Part shown: positions 12,201 through 25,374 of the stretch, in pieces | Numbering within the stretch: the stretch's first letter is position 1 | Layout: every line of letters starts with the position of its first letter | NCBI GenBank assembly: GCA_014905635.1 | Contig: JABVCE010000016.1 | Location: 372,001-436,000, forward strand | Length of the DNA: 64,000 nt | Direction: 5' to 3' | From: Scenedesmus sp. PABB004 | Lineage: Eukaryota | Notes under the pieces: generated by a model | The model's database searches: none | Told to the model about the DNA's origin: nothing | The model's input: the letters and a program-made list of their open reading frames with translations, nothing else | Made by a program: the position numbers and the translations under genes

Positions 12201-13047
12201 GCCCCAGCTGGCCGCGTAGTGGAGGCAGGAGCGGCCCACGCTGTCCTGCGCGGCCGCGGGGTCGGCGGCCGCGGCGCGCGCGGCGCGGCGGCGGGTGTGA
12301 CGCCCCGCTGCGCTGCGCACAGCGCAGCGCAGCGCGGCGCAGCGAGCGCGCCGCACCAGCGCGAAGGGGTTGGCTCCGAGGGCCATGAGCGCCGCGGCCG
12401 CGTCGGCGTGGCCCTTGATGCAGGCAAGATGCAGGGGCGTGAGCTTCTTGGCGTCCTCCTGCCCGACCAGCCGCGCCACGATCGCGTCCGCGCTGCGCCC
12501 AAACCTGCGGTTGGGGGCGGCCGGCGGCGCCCGCCGCTGTGTGGCAGGCCGCCCGGCGCCCGCCGCTGTGTGGCACCCGCCCCGCGCCCCGCGCCGCGCG
12601 TGCCGCGCGTGCCGCGGCCGCAACCGCCGCCTCCGCCGCGCCGCTGCGCCTCACCGCGCGAGCTCGCGCAGCTCGGCGGGCGGCAGGCCGCGCAGCGCGT
12701 CCGCCATCGCGCGCAGCACGCCGGCGTGGCCCTCCTTGGCCGCCACGTGCCACGCGCCCTGGCCGCCGGCGACTGCGGGCGGGCGAGGGGCGCCCGCCGG
12801 CGGCGGCGGGCGAGCCGGCGGGCAGCGGTTGCAAGGAGCAGCCGCCGCCGGCCGAGCGTGCGTGCCGCTCGCGGAGCGGCGCCGTGTCCCTGCAGAACTC
12901 ACTCCAGGACTGCGCCCGCCAGGCGAGGCTGGGCTCCGCCGTGAGCAGGGCAGCAGCGGCGGCGCCGTCGCCGCGCCACGCCGCGTCCAGCAGAGCATCG
13001 GCGGTGGTCCCGCTACAGCCGAAGCAGGCGCTCAGGCATCCAAGCAT
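8714..13047 (-). CDS. ankyrin-repeat C3HC4 RING E3 ubiquitin ligase (XBAT3-like)
   Basis: Ankyrin motifs AWHVAAKEGH, TPLHLACIKGH, SCLHYAASWGH, TPLHYAVWVGH, TPLHLAAFTGD. C-terminal RING CEVCFD...ACGHTLCVAC...CPFCR. TGTAA lies on the minus strand at 8424-8428. One junction (9860-9948) is unresolved. Confidence 0.88.
8999..9104 (-). repeat. 15-bp tandem repeat (about 7 copies) encoding (AGGGP)n
   Basis: cgccgcccgccgggc units lie just upstream of the RING-coding region. Confidence 0.9.
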
Positions 13048-13380
13048 CGTGCCGAGCGCTCGCACGCGATCACGGGGCGGCTCACGGCAGCGGCGGCAGC
13101 AGCAGCGGCGGTGCGGCCATCCGTGCAAGCGGCGACGCTCAGCCGGCGCCGCGGCAGAGCAGGTGGCGTGGCGGCTGTGACCGGGCGGCGGCGGGGTCGA
13201 AGAGTCGGGCGGCGCCCAGGGCACCGGCGGGGGCCCAGGGCACTGCGCGCTCGCAACCGCTCGAGGCGGCCGGCCGCCGGCGATCGCGCGGCGTGCGTGC
13301 TCGGAGAACACGAAACCCTTACAGACCCCACGCTGCAGCCCCGCCGCCCCGCCCGCCCAGCTCGGCCGACGCGCGGCAGC

Positions 13381-14812
<1,432 letters not shown>

Positions 14813-15076
14813 CGCGCCGACCCCGTGGCCAGCAGTCGCCCGGCGCTCCTGGAGTGCGCGGCGCGGCGCGCTGCGGGGGCTGCCGGCTGCGTCGCGTGCC
14901 GTCGTCGGCTCTCAGGTGCGGTCGCGCGCGCGGCGCCAAGCTCGCTGGCCGGGCCGCGGTTCAGGTTCAGCGGATGGCAGGCGGCGGCCGCGGCGCCAAG
15001 GGCGCGCCCTCGCCCGGCGCCCGGCCTCTTCCTGCACCGGGCCGCCTCGAGGGTCGCGTCACGACCGCTCGCCAGG
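14813..15076. promoter_or_regulatory. probable bidirectional promoter between plastid L15 and cytosolic eL6
   Basis: The divergent ATGs at 14812 (-) and 15077 (+) are only 264 bp apart. Confidence 0.6.
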
Positions 15077-16748
15077 ATGGGCAAGGCCACGGAGATTGCG
15101 CGCGGCGTCTTCAAGGAGGGCCGCTCGCGCAAGTACCACACCAAGGGCCTCTGGGCGCTGAAGAAGAAGAACGGCGGCAAGTTCCCCGTCACCGCCAAGA
15201 AGGCGCCCGCGGCGGCGCCGGCGGCGACCAAGGCGCCCCGCTTCTACCCGGCCGATGATGTCCCCAAGCCGCTCGCGCACAACGCCGTGCGCAAGCCCAC
15301 CAAGCTCCGCCCCAGCATCACGCCCGGCACGGTGCTGATCCTGCTGGCGGGACGCTTCAAGGGCAAGCGCGTGGTGTTCCTGCGCCAGCAGGAGAGCGGG
15401 CTGCTGCTGGTCACGGGGCCGTTCAAGCTCAACGGCGTGCCCGTGCGCCGCGTCAACCAGGCCTACGTCATCGCCACCAGCACCAAGGTGCGGCGGCGCG
15501 CCGCGCGCGGCGCGATCGGGGGCGGGCGGGCCGCCGGCGGCCGCCGCAGCGGCGGCGGCAGCGGAAGCAGCGGCGGCGGCGGCAGCGGCGCCGGCGGCCG
15601 CGCGCGCGCGCGCCAGCGCGGCCCCGGGCGCCCGCCGGCGGAGCCGGCAGCGCGCGGGGCGGCCGGCGCGGCGCGGCGAGCGCGGTCGCAGCGGCGGCGG
15701 CGACCGCTGCCGGCGCAGCAGCGGCGGCAGCAGCGCCGGCGGCCAGCCGCCGCCAGCGGCGGCGGCTGGCGGCCGGCGGCGGCAGCCACCCGGCAGCACA
15801 TCGGCAGCGCTGCGAGCGCTGGCCGGCCGCAGGCGGGGCGAGGCAGCCGCCGCTGCACCGCTCAGCTGCTCGGGCGGCGCCGGCGCCGGCGCCGGCGCGC
15901 GCGCGTGCGCGAGCGCTGCGGCGACGCACGGTCGCGCGCATGCACGGCGGCCGCCGCCAGCGGCGCCTGCAGCGGCGGCAGGGCGCGTCAGCCGCCGCGC
16001 ATGCGCGCGCCGCGTGGCGGCGGCGGCGGCAGCGGCGGCAGTGGCAGCGACGACCGCGGCAGCCGCGGCGGTAGCGGGGCGGCAACGGCAGTGGCAGCGA
16101 CGACGGCGGCAGCCGCGGCGGCAGCGGGGCGCCGGGCAGGGCGGCGCCGGCCCGCGCCTGCGCGCCGCGCTCACGCGCGCCCGCCCCGCCCGGCCGCCCG
16201 CCCCGCCCCGCCTGCGTCGCGCGCTGCCGGCCAGGTCGCGCTGCCCAAGCTGAGCCTGGACAAGTTCACGGACAGCTACTTCAAGGCGGCCGAGGACAAG
16301 CAGAAGAAGAAGAAGGGCGAGGAGGAGTTCTTCAAGACCGGTGCGTCGCGCACCCGCGACGGAGCGACAGGGGGGCTGGGCGTGGGGGCGGGCAGCGCGG
16401 GCGGGGGCGGGCAGCGCGGGGGCGACCGCGCGCAGCTGTGCCGCGCCGCGCGGCGGGGGAGCGGCCGGCAGCGGGCGGCGGCCGCGGCGCGGCAGCGGCC
16501 GCCGCCGCCGCCGGGCTGCGGCGGCCGGGGGCGCACCGCGCGCGCGCCGGCGCTCACGCGCGCCTCCCCGCCCGCGCCCGCGCGCCGCGGCAGAGGAGGC
16601 CAAGCAGGCGCTGAGCGCCGAGTACATCGCCAACCAGAAGGAGGTCGACGCGGCGCTGCTCAAGGCGCTGTCCCCGGAGCTCAAGGGCTACCTCAGCACC
16701 CGCTTCTCGCTCAAGTCGGGCGACCGGCCGCACCTCATGAAGTTCTGA
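15077..16748 (+). CDS. RPL6: cytosolic 60S ribosomal protein L6 (eL6)
   Basis: [13 protein letters not shown]...[62 protein letters not shown], ending [22 protein letters not shown]. Two introns. Confidence 0.97.
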
Positions 16749-17052
16749 GGCGGCGGCGGCGGCGGCGGCGCGCCGCCTGCAGCCGCAGGCGGCGGCCCGG
16801 CGCGCGCGGGGCCGGTGGTAACCGAGCCACGTTGGCACCGGGGGCGCGCACTGCGGTGGAGGCCGCCTGGCGCGTGGCTGGCAGCAGCGCGGGTCTCAGC
16901 GCCGCCGCCCGGGCCCTGCTGCACACCCCGCGGCGTCCAGCTCCCCACCCCGGCAGCTCCGCCAGCTCCAGCCGCGACGGCTGCACGCGCACAGCCGCAG
17001 AGCAAGCGATCGGTCCGTTGCTGCCGCCCGGCCGCTGCCGCCGGCGGTGGCC

Positions 17053-17794
17053 ATGGCCTCGATTTGGTTCAAGGCCGCCGGCCTGTGCGGTGCCAGCGGC
17101 GTGGGGCTGGCCGCATACGGCGGTGCGGCGCGGCAGCAGCGCGCGCCGCGGCGGTGCGGCACGCAGCAGCGGACCTCGCCGCCGCCGCCGCCGCCTGAGC
17201 CGCACCGCCGCGCAGCGCACGGCTTCAAGCCCGCGGACGCACACTTTGCGGAGGTCTATCGCCGCGCGAATCAGCAGCAGATGTGAGCCAGCGCACGGGG
17301 CGCTCGGCGCACGCCGCGCCGCCTGCGCGCGGAGCCCGCCGCCCGCGCCCCGCCCGCGATGCCGCGCGCCCGCCGCCCCACCGTCGCGCGCGCAGGTACC
17401 ACGCGGCGCTGCTGGCGGTCGCGCCGCTCACCAGGTCAGTCGGCAGGCGCGCTGTTGGCAGGCGCGCAGCGCGCCGCGCGCTGGGCGGCCGGCGGTGCGG
17501 CGGCGACCGGCACGCGCCGCCCGCCGCGGGCGCCCCCGCGCAGGCGACCACACCTCACGGGCGGCCTGGCGCTGGCGGGAGTGCTGCTCTTCTCGGGGAG
17601 GTGCGCGGCAGCTGCGGGCGCGCGGGCAGCCGAGCTCCGCCGCGTGGCCAGCCGAGCTCCGCCGTGCTGCCAGCCAACCCGCCGCCACGCGCAGCTGCTA
17701 CGCGGCGGCCCTAACGCAGAACCGAACCTACGGCAAGCTTGCCCCATTCGGAGGCATCGCCCTGATTGCTGCGTGGGCGTCCCTGCTGTTGTGA
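17053..17794 (+). CDS. TMEM256: TMEM256/DUF423 family membrane protein
   Basis: Five exons: [27 protein letters not shown]...YHAALL...GVLLFSGSCYAAAL...[19 protein letters not shown]. Confidence 0.9.
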
Positions 17795-17887
17795 GCCCGC
17801 CGGCGTGAGCCTGCCGGCGTCCCTGCTGTTGTGAGCCCGCCGGCGTGAGCCTGCCGGCGTCCCTGCTGTTGTGAGCCCGGCGGCGTG
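17776..17887 (+). repeat. 40-bp tandem repeat (about 2.7 copies) spanning the TMEM256 stop codon
   Basis: Unit ccctgctgttgtgagcccgccggcgtgagcctgccggcgt at 17781 and 17821, with a partial copy at 17861. Confidence 0.92.
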
Positions 17888-18398
17888 CTCGGCGGCCAGC
17901 GCGCGCGACGACTCATCCGCCGCCGGCCGCCGCGCGGCGCGGCGGCGGCGCCGGCGGGCTGGTCGGCGCGCGAATCGGGCTGGGAGGGGCGCGCCGGCGG
18001 CTCGCGACCGCGGCGTCACGGCCGCGCCGCGGCCAGCTGCTCCTCTCCCAGGCGGTAGCAGGCGAGCTGGCGCAGCGCGCCGCGCACGCCCGCGAGCGCG
18101 CCCGGCGCGCCCGGCGGCGCGCTCAGCGCCGCGAGCAGGCGCGCGAGCTCCGCGCCGTCGGCGCTCTGCGCCGGCAGGAGCACGACGCCCGCGCAGTCGC
18201 CTATGCGCGCCTGGCGCTGCGCCGTCCGCCTGCTCCGCCTGCGCGGCTGCTGCTGCTGCTGCTGCTGCTGCTCGAGCGGAGGTGTCGACGTGACATATTA
18301 CGACAGACGCACGACGCACAGCGCGCGCCCGCCTCTCCGCGATAAAGTGGGCGTGCTCCCCGGCCTCGCTACCGCCGTGGGAGCGCCGGCCGGTGGTC

Positions 18399-19427
18399 TC
18401 AACACCGGCGGCTGGGGGGATGGGGGCTGCCGGGGCGCCCCGGGGGGCGCCCCGACGCCGCGGGCGCGCGTGCGCGGCGCTGCCACCGCCGCGCGCGCGC
18501 CGCCGCCGCCAACACCGACCATGGGCATCCTCTGATCGCCGGCCGCCTGAAACAGGCCACAGCGGCGTGAGGCATGACGGTTTGGGACCGGCCCGTCGCG
18601 TCGGCGAGCAGGCGGTCCGCCACGCAGTCGTTGGCCTCGACGCCCCGGGCGCACGCGCCCGACGCGATCACCCGCGCCGCCACGCCCGCGACGGCGGGCG
18701 CCGCCATCGACGTGCCCGAGAGCACCACCGGCGCGGTGCTCGTGTCGCTGAGGTGGGAGAGCGACGGCACGTCGTTCCCCGGCGCGAAGAGCGCGACGCA
18801 CGTGCCGAAGTTCGAAAAGGCCGCGCGCGCGTCGGTGCGCGTCGTCGCGCCCACCGCGAGCGCGCCGCGCGCTCCGGCGGGCGAGGTCCCGCACGCGTCG
18901 GCGCCGTCGTTGCCGGCCGCGGCGACCACCACCGCGCCGGCCAGGTAGGCGGAATACACGGCGGCGTCGAGCGCCTCGCTGCGCGGCCCGCCGAGGCTCA
19001 TCGACAGCACCTTGAGCGCGTTGCTGCCCGGCCGCGGGTCGGACAGCGCCCACGCGATGCCCGCGGCGACGGCGTCGTTCGTGCCGCTGCCGCTGTCGTC
19101 GAGCACCTTGACCGGCACCACAAGAGCGGCCTTGGCCACGCCGTAGGTGCGGCTCGCGGCCGTGCCGGCGACGTGGGTGCCTGCAGGGAGCAGGGCGCGC
19201 GCGGTGGTGGGCCAGCACGCCGCGCGCGATGCGCCGCGCGCGGCGGCCGGCGGCTGGCCCGCTCGGTCGGGGATCGCGCGCCGGCCTGAGCGCCTGGCGC
19301 TGCGACGCACCGTGGCCGTTGAGGTCCAGGTCGCTGTCCACGCCGGGGTAGGGCCAGAACGCGCCGGTGCGGCCGCGGCCGCCAAAGTCGACGCCGGCAA
19401 GCTTCTCGTCCTCACCGCCGAGCCCAC
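18399..19427 (-). pseudogene. truncated proteinase K-like (S8A) subtilase
   Basis: DLNGHG|THVAGTAASRTYGVAK, VLSMSLGG, VAAAGNDGADAC, FSNFGTCVALFAPG and LSGTSMAAPAVAG are present. No catalytic-Asp motif (DTG), prodomain or signal peptide fits before the next gene's ATG at 19556. Confidence 0.7.
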
Positions 19428-19555
19428 GGCGCACTGTCGAGCCAGCGTCGGTGCGCTGAAGCCGGCCAGTCTTGCGTAGTGATTTTGCGATCAGCGCCCG
19501 CCGTCGCGACGCGCCGCTCGTTCGCGGCATGGGCTGACCGGGGCGGCTGACGCGC

Positions 19556-22500
19556 ATGGCGCGCGCGGGCGGCGGGCGCGTGCGCGGCAGCAGCAGCTGG
19601 CGCGCGGCGGGCCTGCTGCTGTGCCTGGTGTTCGCGCCTGGCCGTGAGGCGCGAGGCGCCCAGGCAGTCCCTGGAGCTGTCGCGGGTGGTGCGCCGGCGC
19701 CGCTCGAGACCCCGGCGTGCCCGGACGGCGGTGATTTGGTCGCTGCCCGCTGCGCCTGGGCGCCCGCGCCGGCCGCCCCGGGGACCGTGGCGCTGCAGGG
19801 AGCCTGGCCGCAGCAGCGCTCGGGCGACCTGCCCGTCGTGGCGCTGCCGGCGGGCGGCGGCGACGGGCGCGCCGTCGAAGGCGCGGCACGCCGCGCGCGG
19901 CGCGCGGGCCGTCCCGGCCCCCGCCGCGCTGGGCGCCGCCGCCCACGCCGCAGCTGACGCCGCCGCGCCCGCCGCCCTCGCACAGGCTTCTCGCTGTCGC
20001 TGCGGCGCCTGGTGCTGGAGGGCGCGGCGCTGGCGCCGCCGCCGGCGCCCTGGCCGCTCGGCATGTTTGACGCGCTGGGCGGCAACCTGTCGATGTCGGA
20101 CGTGCGGCTGGTGGTGGGCGCGGCCGACCTGGCGACGTACGCTGACTGGTTCCAGGGCAACGTCGACCCCGTCCACTTCCACACGGTGCGGAGCGCCCGG
20201 CGCTGCGGCGGGCTGCGGCGCGGCCAGCGCGGCGGGCGCCGGCCCCCGCGCGCGCTCACCGCGCCCGCCCCGGCTCCTGCCCGCCCCTCGCAGGACGACG
20301 CGAGCTTCCTGCAGATCGCGGGCTGGCAGGACGGGCGCACGCAGCTGCACTCCGTGACGCTCGTGTCGGGCGCGTGCGCGCCGGGCGGCGGCCGCGGCGG
20401 CGCGGCCGCGGCGCTCGCGGTCGCGGCGCCGGGGTCGCCGCCGCCGCCGGCCGGCTGCAACGTGCGCACCGTCGACAACGCCACGCTCGTGCCGACGCTG
20501 CTGCGCGCGGCCGGCGTGGCCACGCCGGAGCCGCTGCTCATGCTGATTACCAGCAACGCGACCCTCGGGCCGGGGCTCGGCCCGGGCGCGGTGCCGGTGG
20601 CGCGCCCGGTCGTGCTGGCGGGGCTCTACAGCGTGCCCACGTCGGTGGACCTGGGCATGGTCGTCAACCAGCTCAACGTCACCGCGCCGCACAGCAAGGT
20701 CTTCTGGCAGAGGTGCGTGCCGCCGCGTGCGCGCCGCCGACCGCGCCCGGCCGGGCGGCCCCGCGCTTGCCGCCGCGCTCGCGGCACCGCGCCGCCGCGC
20801 TCACCGCGCCGCCGCGGCCGCCGGTCCCGCCGCGTGATCGCAGCCTGCTGCTGGAGAACGCGGGCCCCGGCGACGCGACGAGCAGCGTCATGGCGCCGCC
20901 CTACTCCGCCGCGGTGTCGGCCAACATATACGCCGTCTACTGCAACCGGTGCGCCCGGCGCGGGCCGCGCCGCGCGCCCCGGCGCGCTCGGCCGCGTGGC
21001 CACAGCGCGCGCGCTCGGCCGCGGCCAAACCACGCTCTGTGCGAACCGCGCCTCACGCCCGCCCCGCCCCGCCGCGCCCCACGCGCCGCGCCGCCGCGCC
21101 CGCGCCTGCGCCGCCAGGACGTCCAACTGCCTCAACCTCTACAACACCACCACCGTGCTCGCCTCGCAGGACGAGATGGACTACGTTACGTTCATGTGAG
21201 GCGGGCGCGCCGCGCCGCGCCGCGCCGCGCCGCGCCCGCCGCCGCCCCGCCGCGCCCCGCGCCCCGCGCGCCGCGCCGCCGACTGCGCTGGCGTCACCGC
21301 CGACTGCGCCGGCGCCGGCGCCGCCGCCGCCGCCGCCAGGTACTCCATGTTCAACTCGCCGCTGCCCAACATGCAGAGCCACGCCGACTTTTACCACACC
21401 GAGCTGCGCGTCACCGTCATCGACGTGCGCCGCCGCCGCCGCGCCGCCGCCGCGCCGCTGGCCTGGGCGCCGCCGCCGCGCTCGCCCGCGCGCCGCCGCC
21501 GCCGCGCTGCCGCCGCGCCGCTGGCCCGGGCGCCGCCGCGGCGCTCGCGCACGCGCCGCCGCCGCCGCCGCGACGGCCGACGGCGCGCCGGCCGCCGCTG
21601 CGCGCCGCAGATGGGCCCTGGGCCCAACGGCTACGGCATGACGCTGCACAACATGTCCACGTCGGCTTGGGTCATAGTCGACGGCGTCTTCACAACGCAG
21701 CCCGCCGTGTCGGTCGCGCCGCGGCTGCCCTTCCCCGCGGGCCGCCCCGTCATCCGCACGGCGACGCAGGCCGCGCCCTGGGTGCAGGCGGTCGACAGCT
21801 GCGCGTCGATGCAGGTGCGGCCCGTCGCGCTGCGGCGCGCGGGGAGAGGGGCGCCGCCCCGCGCGCGCCGAGCGCCGCGCCGCGGGCATCGAGCGCCGCG
21901 CCGCCGCGCCCGCCAGTCTGCCATGGTCGTGCCGTCGGAGGAGAACCGGCTGCACGTCTGGATGCTCACAGCCAATGTCTCCCTCGTGCCGCCGAGCGAC
22001 CCGGCCTGCTGGCAGCGGCGCAAGCTGGAGCGCACCACGCAGGTGCGGCGCGCCGCCCGCCCTCCGCGCCCCGGCCCGCGCGCCGCGCCGCGCCGCGCCC
22101 GCGCGCCGGCCGAGCGCCGCGCGCACGGTGCGCCGCAGATCTACGGCGCCGTCGGCACGCGCAGCGCCGACGCCCCCGGCGGCAGCGCGGCCGACGTGGG
22201 CAGCTACGCGCTGTCATGGGGCTTCCTGCCCGGCGCGCTGGAGCTGCCGGCAGGGGCGCAGGACAAGTTCCTGCAGGTGATGGGTGGAGCGGGCGCGGCG
22301 GCGCGGCAGCGCGGCAGCGCGGCGGCACGGCGACGCGGCGACGCGGCGGCGCGGCAGCGCGGCAGCCGACGCCCGCGCGCGCTGCCCCACCCCCGAGCCC
22401 GCCGACCGCCCCGCTGCCGCGCCCTGACCCGCCGCGCCGCGCCGCCGCAGATCCAAAACGTCTCCCTCGCGCAGCTGCCGCAGGGCCCCGGCGCAGCCGC

Positions 22501-25374
22501 GGCGGCGGGCCTGCGCGCGGCCGCGCCCGGCGGCGGCGGCGGCCCGGCGCCGCCCGACGTGTGGACGCTGCTGATGTGGTCGGTCAACCGGTGCGCCGCA
22601 GCCGCAGCGGCAGCGTCGCCGCCGCAGCAGGAGCGCGCCGGCGCAGCAGCAGCGCTGCGCCGCGCACGACCGCGCCGCCGCCGCCGCCGGCGCCGCAGGA
22701 CGATGACGGGAAGCGCGCTCTTCGTGGCCGACGCCGACATACGGCTGCCGGCGCCCGAGCTTGGCGTCCTCGCCGCCGCCGCGCGCGGGGCGAGCAGCTT
22801 TGTGGTGCAGCTCGCCGGTGCGGCGCGCGCGCGCTCGTCCGCGCCGCCGCGCGCCCACGCCGCTGCCCGCACCGCGCTCACGCCCACGCCCACGCTGGCC
22901 GCGCCGCGCTCGCGCCCGCGCTGCCCGCGCGCGCAGGCAGCGTGGGCCTGGCGTTCACCGCGGCGCGCCTGGAGGGCGGCGGCGTGCGCGTGGGCGCGCT
23001 GCAGGGCCCTGGCATGACCGGCTCCAACCTGCTCCTGCTGCCCGACGGCGGCGCGGCCGCCGCGATGCCCGGCGGCTACGCGTGGATCGACGACGTCAGC
23101 GCCGCGCCCACGAGCAGCCGCCTTGAGCCCCCCGGCCCGCGTGGCGGCGCGGCGCGCGTCGCCGCCGTCGTGGGCACCGTCGTGGGCGGCGCCGCGCTGC
23201 TCACGGCGGCCGTGCTCGGCTGCTGGTGGTGGGCGCGCCGCCGTCGCCGCCGCCGCGCCGCGCGCGAGCAGCAGCAGCTCATCACCGCGCTCAAGCGCGG
23301 CTCCGACTGCACGTCGGTCAAGGGCAGCGAGCCGTCGGGCATGCTCTCCAGCAGCAGCGGCGGCGCGGGCGGGGAGCCGCTGGCCGGGTTTGTGGCCGTC
23401 GACGTCGACCGCCTGGCCGACGCCGGCGGCGGCGGCAGCGACTGCCGCGCGACCCCGCGCGGCGGCAAGCCCTCGCCGCGCGGCGGCGGGCCCGCGCCCG
23501 CGGCGTGCGGCGACGGCACCGCCGGCAGCGCGGCGCGCTCGCAGGCGGGCAGCCTCGGCAGCGGGCTCGGCGGCGGCTCGCGCTCGGCCGACTCGGACCC
23601 GGGCGACAACACCGTCGCGTCGGGGCTGGCGCGCTGGAAAACGGCGATCAGCGCCACCACCATGCAGCTCATGGAGCGGCGCATGGCGTCGGCGGGCCAG
23701 ACCATGGCCATGGCCGGCTCCGCCTCAAGCGCCGGCAGCGGCAGCCGGCGCAGCCCGCAGGCCGCGGCGCTCGCCGCGGCGGCGGGCGGCGCCGCGGCGC
23801 GCGAGCCGTCGGGCGGCGGCCGCGGCGGGCCGCCGGCGGCGGGCGGCGCGCCTGCGAACAGCCTGCAGCTGCAGGGCCTGCTGGGGCAGGGGAGCTTCGG
23901 CGCCGTCTACCTCGCGACGTGGCACGGCAAGCGCGTCGCGGTCAAGGTCATGCAGCTGCCCGCCACCGCCCTGCTCGTGCCTGCGGCGGCCGCCGACGAC
24001 GGCGCCGACGCGCCGGACGACGGCCTGGGCGCAGAGGCGGCCGCCACACGGCGGCGGCGCGCGCGGCAGCTGGAGCAGAACAGCCCGCCGCACATGGCGA
24101 TCATGGAGACCGTGGTCAGCAGCACGATGAGCCACCCCAACGTCGTCCAGGTCTACACCTACATGCTCAACCCGCTCACCACCGACGCCGCCGCCGGCGG
24201 CAGCGCCGGCGGCGCCCGCGGCCAGCAGCAGCAGGCGGCCGCGCTGGGGCAGGCGGCGGCGCCGGCGGCAGCAGCCGGCGTGAGCTCGGTGTCCGGCTGG
24301 GAGCTCAAGCTGGTCATGGAGCTGTGCGACCAGGTGCGGCGCAGCAGCGGCGCGCCGAGCTGCCGCGCGGGCGCGCCCGCGCGGCGCGCGTGGCTCACGC
24401 CCGCGCGCCGCCCGCCCGCGCTCCGCAGGGCACGCTGCGCGACGCGCTCGACCGCAAGCTGCTGCTGCGCGGCAGCGGCGCGGCGATGCTGCAGCCGGCG
24501 CTGGTGCTGTCCCTCGCGCACGACGTCGCCGCGGCGCTGCTGCACCTGCACAGCGAGGGCGTCGTGCACGGCGACCTCAAGGCCGGCAACGTGATGCTCA
24601 CCAAGGGCGGCGACGACCCCGGCGGCGTGTGGGCGGCCACGGTAGGCTATCGCGTGACGGCCAAGGTCGCCGACTTTGGCCTGGCGCTGCCGCTCGGGCC
24701 CGCCGACACGCACGCGACCATGGCCGCGCGGGTGAGCGCGGCGCGGCGCGCCGCGCGGCGCCGGGCCAGCGCACGCATGCTGCGGCGCGGCGCGCGGAGC
24801 GCGCGCTCACCGCCCCCGCCGCCGCCCCCGCCGCCGGCAGGGCACGCCAACGCACATGTCGCCGGAGCTGTTCATGGCGGGGCACGTGAGCAAGGCGAGC
24901 GACGTGTACGCGTACGGCGTGCTGCTGTATGAGATCATGACCGGGCAGCGCGCGTACGCGGGCGTGCCCATCCCGCTGCTGCCGCACGAGGTCGCGCGGC
25001 AGGGCCTGCGCCCGACGTGGCCGCCCGGCATGCCGTCCGGCTGCCGCGACCTGCGGCGCCTCGCCGAGGCGTGCTGGGCGCAGCAGCCGCAGGACCGGCC
25101 GCCGCTGCAGGTGATCTTCAACTTTTTGGAGGCCTGCCAGGACGGGCGGGCGCCGCCGGAGCTGGCGGCGTGCGCGGACGGCCAGCAGCAGCAGCAGCAG
25201 CAGCAGCCCCAGGCTGCACCGCCTGGCGTGACCACGCCGCCAGCTGCCGCGCCAGGCGGCGCCGGCGCTGCCAGAGGCGAGGGCCAGGGCGGCCTGTCGT
25301 GGAGTGAAGTGACCTATGGCAGCCTGAAGAAGCTGGCGAGCAGCGAGCAGCCGCCGCAGCCGCCGCCGCCGTAG
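19556..25374 (+). CDS. single-pass receptor-like Ser/Thr kinase (TKL group, non-RD), paralog 1
   Basis: Signal peptide (AAGLLLCLVFA), long ectodomain, TM VAAVVGTVVGGAALLTAAVLGCWWW followed by poly-Arg, then kinase motifs GQGSFGAVY, VAVK, HGDLKAGNV, ADFG, GTPTHMSPE, SDVYAYGV. 14 exons, all joined in frame. Confidence 0.9.

Noticed and set aside
15488..16233. Long eL6 intron as a snoRNA host
   Set aside because: No C/D boxes (RTGATGA...CTGA) or H/ACA structure are visible; the sequence is GGC/GCA low-complexity.
17890..18400. Possible extra gene or C-terminal exon of the subtilase fragment
   Set aside because: No recognisable motif, consistent splice path or coding-like codon pattern could be established.
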